NCBI GenBank assembly: GCA_010015805.1
Contig: ML978126.1
Coordinates: 1,922,001 to 1,986,000 of the forward strand
Reading direction: 5' to 3'
DNA length: 64,000 nt
Source: Rhizodiscina lignyota
Taxonomy: Eukaryota
A program made the position numbers and the translations under genes. A model generated the notes under the pieces. The model saw only the letters and a program-made list of their open reading frames with translations, was not told the DNA's origin and ran no database searches. Shown one piece after another: positions 49,440 through 61,251 of this stretch. Every line of letters begins with the position of its first letter. The stretch's first letter is position 1.

Positions 49440-49820
49440 GTCATCGTATCATCTCAAGCTCGTACCAATTCGCAATTGAGTGCTTTCGCATCATACCCCA
49501 ATCTCATACCAGTCGCAGCTCGGACTTTACATGTCAAACGCAGCTCGTGTTACTCGTCGCTCACTTCCGTTGGTCACTTACATATCATTCGCTGGCTCGT
49601 AACGACCCGCAATTAGCATTCACGTACCATTTCTTATGTTTCTCGTTCTCGTCCATAGCTCATACCATTTCCTAGCACCCGTTTATTCCATATCATCTCT
49701 AAGCTCACACTCATCCTTAGTTTAGGAGCTGCGGATCATTACGAGCTATGAAATCGCATGGACTGAGGAACAATGCGTAATAGCGAATAGTACGCACTGC
49801 AGACGAATACGAGCTGGAGA
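49440..49820. repeat. Degenerate direct and inverted repeat array (AGCTCGTA core)
   Basis: gctcgtaacgacccgca (49595-49611) is inverted at 49730-49746 (15/17 match); core at 49457 and 49542, inverted at 49808; tatcatctc(t)aagctc occurs twice. Confidence 0.5.
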
Positions 49821-49907
49821 ATAATACGGAAAGGCTCAACAACGGAGTGATACCTCGGAGACGGTTTCTATCCTCTGGGTTTGCATTTTTCTTTGTTGAA
49901 GTTTTAC

Positions 49908-52042
49908 CTAAATGATTCTAATTCTCCGAAAACTTAACGCATCATCCCAATTCGCACTTTCTTGAACACACGCAAAATAATCCTCGATGTAGAAATACCC
50001 AGCTCGTTTGTAGACGCCACCTGCCGCAGACTCCAGTACTAGGCCTTTTATTTCATGATTGAAGCCTGGAGTATGTAAGGCAGACAACTCAAGAAGCCAG
50101 TATTCGTGACAAGAAGTCCTTCGGCTCCCCGACCAGAGCCCTCCATCTCCAGACCCCGCCGATCGGAAACAAGCAGGAAGCGCCGCTCCAGCGTCTAGGT
50201 ATATTGCAGTAGACGAACACTCGTCATCACCCTTCTGTCGGTGCATCTCTGCTAATTCACCGCAGTCGACCCTCCGAACCGGCGCATAGAGCTCCAAGAA
50301 TCCACTCTTGATAGCGCACAAAGGAGCCTTATTAGATACTGGGACAATCTCCACAGATTGAACCTCCGCTCTTGTGTCGTGCTGCATAGTGGAGTTGTGA
50401 AAGTCAACAGGCCCGTCGACGCTAGCCCATGACCAGCTCGGGGCACGATATTGTGCTGGACGGCCGAGTGGTACAGAGGCTTTGTAAAGGGACCACCGGC
50501 TACCCTGGCACCAGAGCAAGCTTGGTATTAGATTGCTTTTCCAGATCCCAGCGAGGTACATGTCCTTCGCATAGAAAGCAAGCTCTGTCGCTATCGCAGA
50601 TATTGAGGGGAGCTTGTCCTGTCCCACTGTCAGATGCCGTGATGTGACTTCATGCACTATATCGGCCCAGCGTAGGTGTGCCATCTGCCGTGTTTGATGA
50701 AGTGTATCGTCATCCCTTGGCTCATCATCGGTGGCATCTGTCTCGGATATCGTGGAGTTTCTGATGGGTCCGATGGTGCCATACACAGCTGAGAGCCTCT
50801 CCCAAGGAGCGCAGTGTCCATCAGCAGAAGTGCCCGAGATGCAGCGCCAGAGCGTCTGACTGGAGCTGAATATTATGGAGCGGGGAGAGAGCAAAGATTC
50901 CTGGAAAGTCCATGCGCGAAAGTCAATTGGTTCCTTCGGACTGCTTTCGCGGCGCATCTCTGCTAGAAAGATGTCATCTAAGTAGCCATCTGGGCAGCGA
51001 AAGGACAGCTTAAAGGCTCGCTTCATCCACGAGATGACAAGGTCGTTGTCGTGGAGAAATCCATCTTGACACGTCCGCGATCGGGCGGCGGAGAGAGTGA
51101 CTGCCGCGTTTTTGTAGATTCCACTCATGTTCCCAATCTCGGTATATTTATCGTTGCTGTCATCTTGAATAATGCAGAGAGCGTCGACCCACAAGTACCG
51201 AATGCCTAACTGTTTCGTAAACAATATTGCATCTCGTATGGACTTTGCTAAGGCCTCTAGCTTTATCTGCCTGCAATTCGCAGAATAATTCATTGACGTT
51301 GTCATGAATTGTGACGAACCCCAGCAGTAGCTTAAAGCCGCATAGGATCCTGACCTTCCCATCGTCTCGAGAAGTTTGATGTTGGTGAGGTTGTTTAGGT
51401 TGTTTGAGTCCAAGTCAAGAACCCGAGTCGGCAGTGGAGCAGCTGACAGCTTAGGGCATCTCTCATGTTTCTCGGAACATTTTGCGATCCAGGATCGAGC
51501 AGTACGAACAGTATTACTAGACGCTGGAAACGGGTTGGCTGGCGAGGATTCGACGTATTGCGACAGTTTGGAGCCTGCCATGCTCAGGCCAAATGAGATT
51601 GAGCACAGCTATAATGACAGCAAATGGAAATGATAGAGAGTACTGACTCACCGGGGAGCGCAAATGCGTTGAAGTACGTCAGCTGGGTCGTCCTCTTGTC
51701 GTGGTGCTCAACGAGGAACTGGGCTGTAATGCTGCCTCTGAATTGTTGGAAGATCCTTGCGCCCCAGTCAAGTTGGAGCTTTATCGACGCAGATGAATCA
51801 GAGATGTCAGACTCTGACAGCTTGCTAGCGAGCTGGGCCGCAAAGCCGCAGGCCCGGATGTCGTTCAGCTTGGATACGCTGCATAGTGGTGTCCCTTTCC
51901 CCAATTGAATGTCCCATCGCTCATCCAAATTTTGAAAGACTGTACAGATCGGGCATACATTGCAACAGGTGGACTCAATACCAGCGATGTTAAAGTCAGC
52001 ATCATGGAATGTCGAAAGCGGCAATTTGCGAAAATCTTGCAT
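49908..52042 (-). CDS. HET-domain protein (pin-c/tol-like type); 2 exons (HET3)
   Basis: WIAKCSEKHERC, LPTRVLD, YAALSYCWG, YLWVDALCIIQDD, RAWTFQESLLSPR, DKLPSISAIA, YRAPSWSWASVDG. Intron 51575-51651 joins the upstream exon in frame. Confidence 0.92.
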
Positions 52043-52595
52043 GGCTTCAAGACTTCGTGGAACTGGCGTTTACGGGTGTGGAGAGGTGAAGTCCAACATT
52101 TGAGCTGTCATCGTATAGCAGAGACATTGATGCTATCTCGGACATGAGCATGTCAACGTAAGAAAGGAGGGCAAAAGCATTTCTGGCTGGAAAGCTACTG
52201 ATGTTAAGCGTGAGCGTACGTGAGGTTCGAACGGCAGTTCAGGGGAACGCTAAACCCCGATCCTTGCCGGTGTTCGGCTTCTCCCACAGTGCCATTCGTG
52301 AGCCGAGCGCCGACTTCACCCCTGCATGTGGCGCAGCCGCAAGGGCCAAAACCATTTTGGTGGTGACACGAACTGGCAAGCACACCCACTTACTCCATCG
52401 CTCTCTACACTTGCCGCGTCAAACTCTGTCCTCTGGAACATTGCCAAATGGCTGCCTGCGATTCTGAAGAACTTGCGAGTTGGCTCGCCGAAAGAGATCG
52501 CAGGTGCGGGCAGGTAAGCCACCGTAAACATGTCGCGACATCGACGCGTTTTGTTCCCTCGACCACCAGTCAAATCTTGACCACAACCACGCGCA

Positions 52596-55409
52596 ATGAA
52601 CGCGTCAGTTCTTGATTTTTGGCTCGGCCATGTCATCCTTTTGTACGCAAGTACATTGATTGCTGGTATCTACGATGCGATCATTGTCACCGCTGTCGAA
52701 TTGCCCATCAGCTATCTTCTCGGCGACTACTCCAACAAGAGCTCGTTCATTATCCGAAAACTCGGGGGTTTGCTGCTTATCTGGTGGTGGTGTCATCCGT
52801 GTGCCGGTGCAGCCGATATCCTCGCAGACTTCTCGAAATGGGCGTCTCATGATGCTCCCAATGGACCGCCCGTGGCTACCAAAACCTCGATTGCGCATGC
52901 AACAGTCTTCTTCGTCTCGGCCATATGGACAGCACTGGATTGGCAACATTTTCTACGTACGATGATCTGCATGTTTAAACCAATTAGCCACCAATTTGTA
53001 ATTGCTGTCACCGGTATGCTGTTGCCCCAAACAGCAATCCTTGAGCATGGAACAGCTACTGCATATTGGATCTGCGGAATGGCACCATATTCCACGTGCT
53101 GGGGAGCCCTAGCCTACATCGCGGCCTTGCGGTATAGATCTCCATATGTACTGGATGTCTACTTCCTGGTGTGTTTCATACTCGACATTACTTGGTCTCG
53201 CACGAGCATTCGGAGTCGCACAATCGGAAGATTTTGCATCGTTATGCCATGGAGCATCATGAAAGCGTTGATTACTCTACCTTTTGCGAATATTTGGGTG
53301 TTTAGGCAGTCGCTCAAAGCATTGTATTGGCAGGCACGACATCTCGTCAGGCAAAAATGGCTCTCCAGCCATCATAAGCAATCCAAACGAAGAATGAGAG
53401 AAGACTTCAAATACAGACCTCTCCAACCCGGCCAAATACGCCTCTTGGAGGTGATGCGAAACCCGAGAAATCTCGAAATAGAATGCAGGCTGCGGCACGT
53501 TCATCTATCAAAGGCTAGCGAGTACGACGCGATTTCTTATACCTGGGGAGCAGAGTCTCCAACGCACGGTGTTGATGTCGATGGTCAATGGATCAAAGTC
53601 AGAACGAATGCATACGAGCTACTTCAAGACCGGGCAGTCATCAACGAGACGAGGGTCATCTGGATGGACTGTCTGTGTATTAATCAAAGAGATCATGACG
53701 AAAAGAGATTGCAGATTCCTATGATGCCCAGGATCTACCGAAAAGCCAAGCGAACAATCATATGGCTGGGTAATATCAAATACGCTGAGCAATGTCTGTC
53801 GTTGTTTCGAGATCTGGTAGACCGTCCTTGGGATTTCTATGCCCCGGAAGAGATACCGGAGGCAGTGAAAGCTCCCCCGAAGTGGCAAAAGAAAAGGCCG
53901 ATTCGTTTCTCTATGGTGGAAGGACTTGACCTCCGATTTCGGGCACTGGCGAGGATCTTAGAGCATGCCTGGTTCTGTCGAATCTAGGTGCTTCAAGAAG
54001 TTATCTTCTCCGACACAATCCACATCCGTGCTGATGGAGTCTGGATAGACTGGGAACTCTTCACTTCTACCATGAAGCTGTTTTCTGACCCAGAGCCGTA
54101 TATGCTCTGTGGTCGAGAGACACTGTATCTTAACATGAAGGATATCAAAGTTCTGGCCAAGATCTTTCTGTTAACACAGGCGAAAGATGTCGAGCGAGCT
54201 CGGTTTCTGAACAGTCGACCGAGGCCGAAGCTGGTCAATCTCCTCTCGAACCTCTGGATCGCAGAGTCGTCCGATGCTCGAGACGTGATTTACGGCCTGC
54301 TGAACCTTTGCTCTGACGGCAGAGATGAATGTCTAGTTCTAGATTATCGCAATGAATCGACCACCGAGTCTCTCTATATCAAGTATGGAGAACTTTGCGT
54401 GCAACGAAATGAAATCCAGGAAATCTTGTACCTGGCAGGAATTGGGTATCCCCGAAAGCTGTCCATTCCCTCTTGGAGTCCAGACTGGACCTCAATTCCG
54501 ACGGTGCCGACACTCCGAAAGAGGCATTACAATGCGTCCGGTGAAAATCAAGGCAATTTCATGCTCGTTTCATCGACAATGCTTTCTGTCAGCGCGGTAT
54601 TGGTCGACAATATCATACAGATCGCGGACAAAGCTTTTACATCGGCCAATTTCACCTACAGGAGTCTACCTAATATGTCTACACTTGCGCAGAGTCGGAT
54701 AGAAGTTGACTCGCAGAACATGGCGAAGTCTTTACCCGACGAGTATGACGGTGGTAAGCATCATGGCTTGCAATCCCGCGACGAAGCATTCTGGCGAACG
54801 CTCATTGGAGACACGGAAGCCCTTTCCTCGCGCACACATTCTAGGACCGACTGCACAACACCAACGATACAATCTCCGTACAACTTCGAACTGAGATATG
54901 AACGTCCGGCGTCGCCAGAATATGGCAGACTCTTCAACACTGAATGTGCGCTTCGAGATCAGCGCCTTTCCAGCCTAACACCCAAGTCAAATCCGGCGAA
55001 GAGCAAGAGTCTCTGGGCCAGAGCTCAATGCGAGTCTAAAGAGGATCCTGATCTCGTGGCCGCTTGGAGACGCGGGTACCAGAAGGTGCCCGATAACCCA
55101 GCAGTGATTCTAGACAGCGACATGCGGTTTACGGATGCTTTTGTCACCTGTGCCAGTGGCCGGAAGTTTGCCATAACGGAGAATCCAGTCACCGGAAGAA
55201 AGCGAATGGCGCTGGTTCCACCTGAAGCGCAGGTCGGAGACAATGTCTATGTTATTCATGGTATGGAGGTACCGTTTGTGATGAGGCGCTCGACGAATCC
55301 TTTCCCCGAGTATTGGCTCAAGATGGTTGGCGAGTGCTTTGTACATGGAATTATGGATGGCGAAGCAGTGCACAACGGGGCGGTTACAGAGCTGATATAC
55401 GTCTACTGA
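52596..55409 (+). CDS. Membrane-anchored HET-domain protein interrupted by one in-frame TAG at 53985-53987 (HET4); edited/readthrough gene or pseudogene
   Basis: ORFs 52596-53987 and 53988-55409 are contiguous and in the same frame: YDAISYTWG, IWMDCLCINQRD, WFCRI*VLQE, DARDVIYGLL, PSWSPDW, VGECFVHGIMDGEA. N-terminus is hydrophobic; an upstream exon (52326-52503) is possible. Confidence 0.88.
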
Positions 55410-55700
55410 ACGACTTACAAGGTACGCCTCTGTTTACCGACTTTTGATCCAAGAAGCACCAGGAGGTTGTAAATACATGTCTCCGCTGACGTAACGTATG
55501 CGGTGTTCAGTCGACAAACGTTATTGCTTGGCAGATGTCTTGTTCTCAAAACCGCCATGTTCCATGGCTTCTCTCTTCAAAGCCTACACGCATCTTTCAG
55601 TGAACGCAATTGGAACTGCAATATCAAGTTGAAAGTTCCGCAGGCCATTAAAATGATTTGATCAATGCTGGCATTGCAATTTACAGTGTCCATATCCCTC

Positions 55701-56027
55701 CTAGTCCGCAACAACGACTTGATACGAGCTCCAAGGCCCTCCAACTAAACAAACAGTGTCTCCAAAAACCTCGCACGCGTCTTCGTCGCTACAGCCAGCG
55801 GATGCTGGTGGAGTACACAGCGTCACGAACGCTTCTTGATTATCAGGAAAGAATTCGAATGCGGTAGCCGCCGTGTCCGTGATTGCCGTGCAAGGGGTTG
55901 TGTCGGATCCTGTGATTGTGATGCCACCGCTAATGCACTCGGACCCAGGGGGATAGAGAGTTAAGCTCCAGCAATTGGACTTGGAGAAGAGCGCGAGAAG
56001 CGTGCAACAGAGAAGAGAGTATTTCAT
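55701..56027 (-). CDS. Small secreted Cys-rich protein (108 aa), effector-like
   Basis: Signal MKYSLLCCTLLALFSKSNC; acidic mature part with 6 Cys, ending WSSYQVVVAD. Confidence 0.75.
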   Translation of the reverse strand: MKYSLLCCTLLALFSKSNCWSLTLYPPGSECISGGITITGSDTTPCTAITDTAATAFEFFPDNQEAFVTLCTPPASAGCSDEDACEVFGDTVCLVGGPWSSYQVVVAD

Positions 56028-57206
56028 GTTGGATTGAGGCATTGAGCTTGTGAGACGTTGGAGAATATTTTGATTGAGATGTCTGTGTTTGGACGTCAAG
56101 CCTTTTTCAACTTTGAGGCGCTCGCTTCAAATTCACTCCGGATATTGCCTGATTTTATACCCATCGACAGCTCTCGTTCGTGCAAAGCTGATTGCGGACC
56201 ACGAGAATTTTGAAATTTCGATCTGACTGACAGCGCTGACATGATCAGATCTTCATAATTCCCATCAAAAGTTGACGTAGAACCCGGTTTAGATCCATTG
56301 CGGCCCCACGTTGGTGCGTAGATTGCCAAAGATTGGTTATTTCTTGAATGTACTCAATTTGGATTGTCTACATCCTGCAGATCTTCGCTGACACCAATTA
56401 TGTACCATATCAAACTGCAGAGCCGTATCCGCGCGGAATCTAGTGGGATTTCCTAGGCTGGGTAGTTGTGTGAGACCACAAGTGATAACAATTCCGGCGC
56501 CGTACGAGACGATTTTTGCAATTTCATGCATAAGCATCCTCGTAACGCTCCCCGCATTGAGACCCATCTCTAACTCGACGGTAACATTTTAGCGTTAAAG
56601 GCGGAGAATTATTAGAGCTCTAGCCTCTATCGAATTCGCTATAACCAAGAAGCTAATTATAACAGGCTGCTAGTTTAGATTTAAGCTCAAAATAGTTATC
56701 TATGTCTGTAGTAGAGAAGTAAATAATTACGTGACATTGCGTGTTTAATTTCCTTCTGGTCCTTTGTGTAATTGTGTGTTTGCCTTGCCTTTTTGTTTAT
56801 CGATCGAAGTGTTTCCGGAGAAACGTGAGGTCAGTAAGAACCTCGTATTACTCTAGTGCATAAACCAACAAGTGCGCGCCTAATAACTCTGTTTACAGCT
56901 ATTTGTTTAGTGAGGTTGTTTGGTATTTGACCTAGATTGCTTGGTAAACGTTCGGCCCGCTTACCACACTGAAGGTATGCGCCTGCGATGCCACCGAGCT
57001 TTGAATTTCCGGTTATTCTTAGATACATTGTCATGGAGAACATCCTTCTGCAAATATGTGTGAGACACGAGGATCTCCGTTCACGGAGCTGGAGTACTTA
57101 AGAAGCAACATTCCTTACCTTATATATAATGGTCAGACTAGTGCGGAAGAAATGCTTCAAGCCACCTCACCACAAGCCTTCTTAACTAGATTGCCACACT
57201 CTGAAA

Positions 57207-57613
57207 ATGAAGTTCAATCTCGTTGTCCTCTTGCCGATGGCCCTAGCTGTCTTAGCATATTCACCTGTTGGTGTTAGCAAGGGCTCACTGATCGGCCGGG
57301 CTAACGGTGGCGTAAGTTGATTCGTTCTCCATATCATCCTCTGCATCGAAATGTTGCGCTTCGTAGAAAGTTGTTCAAGAGCTGTTGCTAACACCCATAT
57401 ATAGCCTACCGGTCCGTTGAAATGCGAGGGAGCAGGAACATGTATCAGCTCTTTTACTTGCGGGCTGGTCAACGGGGCTGGTGGAACATGTGCCTGCGAC
57501 ATCTCTAGTTGCCCAATCGGCTCAAAGTGCCAGTGGTATTTCCTCTCAACTATTTCCGAAAATCGTCAGAGACTCAGAGTTTTGATAAAGTGACTCTTTA
57601 CAGTGCACCTTAA
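57207..57613 (+). CDS. Small secreted 8-Cys peptide (81 aa); 3 exons
   Basis: Exons 57207-57311, 57405-57535, 57604-57613 with GT-AG introns give MKFNLVVLLPMALAVLAYSPVGVSKGSLIGRANGGPTGPLKCEGAGTCISSFTCGLVNGAGGTCACDISSCPIGSKCQCAP*. Confidence 0.8.
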
Positions 57614-58722
57614 GACTGTGTTGATCGTCTTCGATGAGATCTTAGGAGGGGGCAAGTGCAGACGATGACGGCCAGGAGAATTTAGAAAGCGAGCAATGTG
57701 ATGTCAAGTTAGAAATTACCGAGGTGCTGATAAAATAGAGGATATGGATACATTTGATATCCTTGTATTGCTACTTCAAAAGCCAAATATAAGTGATGAG
57801 AGTTTGAGCGTGAACGACTCTGCCAGCTGCATTCTTTCCTTGCAGAACAACGTGGACGGGTCAAACTGGAGGTTTTTGGACGGCCCTATGCTTTGCGCTA
57901 CTAGAATCCCCAAGTCTGCTGCCGCAATCTGAATATCCTGCATGCCGAACCCATTCAGCGCATCCAGAGGCATGTTAGTCGCAGTTGACGAAGATATACT
58001 GTACGAAGTACGGAGTAGCGAGATGAGGATTCTACAAGGTCCAGAGGTCGCGCTCATATCAGATCCGCGGCCTGTATGATGATATTGCGCTAGTCCCCTT
58101 TAGGATAAGCCGCCGTAAGTATTATCCGATGCCTGCACCTGCGTCTCGCAACATCATTCATCCATCCTCATCACAGACCGGCCACTATGCATGCATCTGA
58201 CATACTCCTATTCCATTAACACTATTAGAATGCTAGCGATAGTCCCGTCTAATACTGTAGCAGCAGGTCTTATTCGAATGCATAGATGTATCCGCATAGC
58301 CTCCTTTGGCAGTTGGCTCCGCAGTTCAGGCCTTTCGTACCGTTCCTCAACTCACGTTATCCCCACTCGTACTATTTCACTGCTCACTGATTCATTTATT
58401 CCCGAGTCTGCTTTTCGACCCCTTTCTCCTGTCTAATCTTCGCAATGGTCTCAGCTAGACGCTTGAGGCGGGTGCTTGATTCCCTGCCCCCTCAACCCTA
58501 TCAGACCCTGCTGCTGGCTGCCGGCTACCGGGCCGTTGCAGTTCCCTAGCTCCCACCAATAACGCACCAGTAAAGGTTCCTCAACTGCCGTTATACATGT
58601 ACCAGTCAAGAATTCCATGTGGGGTAAATCAGTTTTTATCTTTTCCGTCTTCTCTCTAATTCTGCCATATTATAAAGTTCGCTCCCGTTAATCTACCCTG
58701 CAGCGTAGAGACAATTGCAGCC

Positions 58723-60625
58723 ATGTCGAAGGAGGTGACATTCAATGTCAGGAGCGAAGAGATGGGCGTGACGGCCAAGTGGCGGGGTACTGCTGGCGAT
58801 CAGCGCGATATGGAGAAGTTGCAGCTCGCTCAGCAAGTACGAGTGAGTGATTCTCATCAGATGGCTCTGGAATGGCCTCTCGTATAATGATTCTGTCTAG
58901 CGCAACTTCGGCCGGACGGCTATGTTTGGCTTTTCGTCGACGCTGATTTGCACGTGGGAAATCACTCTCGGGTGTGTTGATACTGTTCCGCTCCCATACT
59001 TCTCAGCATCCTGAAGCGCAAAGCACAACAGATCGTTGGGCCTCACTTTGATGAATGGAGGAACAGCTGGACTGTTCTGGAACTATGTCGTTGTGGTGAT
59101 TGGCTTCACATTCGTCTATCTCAGTATTGCTGAATTAGGTTCTATGTAAGTGATCCATGTAACTTTTGAACGTAGCTATAATGCCAGTTCTAATTTGTTC
59201 CCGCCAGTATCCCGACCGCAGGCGGACAATACTACTGGGTGTCAGTCTTGTCTCCTCCAAAATCTCAACGATATCTTAGCTACGTTACCGGTAAACCAAA
59301 ATCTCCAAACTTGGCAGCATCCTCACTGATCGGTATCTCCAGGTTGGCTTTGCGCGACCGCATGGCAGACAGGAATCTGCTCTAGCGCCTTCCTTGCGGG
59401 AACGATCATCCAAGGCCTCCTGATATTGAACAAACCCGACTACGTGCCACATCCTTACCAAGGTACTCTATTCGTGTGGATGATTGTCGCCGTCGCCATC
59501 TTCTTCAACACTGCCCTTGCCAAAAAGTTGCCTATATTCGAAATCCTGATTGTTCTGGTTCATCTCCTGGGTGCCCTGATCATCATTCCTCTCTGGGTAT
59601 TGGCCCCGCGGAACAGCGCACACAATGCACTTCTACAATTTACTAACGATGGCGGGTGGAGTACCACGGGCACTTCAACCATGGTCGGCATGCTCTCAGT
59701 TGTACTTTCCCTGCTAGGTCTGGATTGCTCAGTACATATGGGTGCGCTTCCAAACTGCAACTACAAACAGTATCTATTACTGACCTGTCGCAGCCGAGGA
59801 AATCAAAGACTCATCGATCAATCTGCCAATGGCACTGCTCATTGGTTTCGGCATCAACGGACTGTTGGGATTCCTCGTTGTGGTAACGGCTTGCTTCACC
59901 GTGGTAGACGTTGATGACATCTTGTCTTCGCCAACAGGATACCTATTCCTACAATACTTTTACAGCACTACCAAAAGCTTCGCTGGGACAAATGTAATGG
60001 CTGCGATCATGGTCATAAAATCTCACGGCCAGCTCGATCGCCGTACTTGCAACTGCCTCTTGGCAAATGTGGTCTTTCGCTCGTAACAAAGGAGTACCAT
60101 TTTCCTCGTGGCTTGCTCCAGTAAGCCGATGACCCACATATTACCTGAGAAAGTCGATCTAATACTGCACAGTCCAAACTCGCCCATGATGTCCCACTCA
60201 ACGCGCTCGGCGTATCTGTCGTAATCTCGATCCTGCTCTCGCTCATTAACATTGGCTCCACCGCTGCACTGAATGCCATCTTCTCCCTGAACACTGCGAG
60301 TCTCCTGACGTCATATATGATCACTATCGGGAGCATGCTACTGTGGCGCCTGCGAGGCAAGCCAATTCCGCGATCACGGTGGACTCTTGGCCGTTACGGT
60401 TTCGCTAACGTAGGAGCAATGTGCTATCTGTTGCCCGTGTTCGTCTTCAGCTTCTTCCCTTCCGTCACCCCGCCAACGCCCGAGACGATGAACTGGGGCG
60501 TCGTCATGTACTCAGGTGTCATAATCTTTTCGACAGTCTACTACATCCTCTATGGAAGGCATCATTACCAACCGCCGACGAGGGATGTAGGGTCCCGGCT
60601 TGTGATGGATAATTTAGATATCTAA
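58723..60625 (+). CDS. APC-family amino-acid (GABA/choline-type) permease, multi-exon, apparent +1 frameshift at 60017-60020
   Basis: DQRDMEKL, CTWE, MNGGTAGLFW, SIAELGSM|YPTAGGQYYWVS, DCSVHM|AEE, WSFARNKGVPFS, INIGSTAALNAI, TMNW. Confidence 0.85.
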
Positions 60626-60935
60626 GCTTGAGTTGTGGCAAAGCTCGTACCTTTCAATCGACATTGCTCTACACAAACGAGATGGGGCTACGTCGATCAT
60701 AGAGTACTTTATCTGATTCTGCCAACGTTATGCTGCGAGCTAGTACCGATTGGGAATGGTACGGACTAACCAGCAGGGGAAGTTTCAGACGTAACTTATA
60801 CTCCTTCTACGCGTCATAAGTGAGGATCAAGGACTTTCGACTCGTGGTCTTTAAATTTCCGTCTCTCCGCTCGACCTCAATTCTTCTAGTTGGCTTTCCG
60901 CTTGTCAATTGGTCGGCGCGCTTCAGGATGCAATT

Positions 60936-60956
60936 CCCCGCCGCCAGAAGGCGGGG
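60936..60956. promoter_or_regulatory. Inverted pair of CreA/Mig1-type SYGGRG sites (CCCCGCC-N7-GGCGGGG)
   Basis: Perfect 7-bp inverted repeat about 300 bp upstream of the epimerase ATG; each arm contains GCGGGG. Confidence 0.35.
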
Positions 60957-61251
60957 GTGACCGAACGCGATGGATATCTACAACCCGAACGAACTCCTAT
61001 CCACATGCGACTGACGCAGCAATTCTAGTCTATCAACTAAGGGCTATCAAGACTTACTGTACAAGTCCCAATGAGTTGACTTTTATCCGCGTTCAGCCTC
61101 TTTGAGAATAATATTACTGACACTAAACGTAAACTCGAAGAGATATTTCTGTCTACAGTTTCCGATATTCAAGTAACTCTCATCGTCTATGATACCATGG
61201 GACTGTCACACTAACACAACATAGTCATTAACGAGAGGTTACAAATCTACA

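Noticed and set aside
53900..53987. HET4 TAG as an intron acceptor
   Set aside because: The sequence immediately upstream encodes the conserved WFCRI half of the motif, so splicing it out would destroy the domain.
34000..58000. Starship or other giant transposon carrying the accessory region
   Set aside because: No DUF3435 tyrosine recombinase, transposase or bounding repeats recognised.
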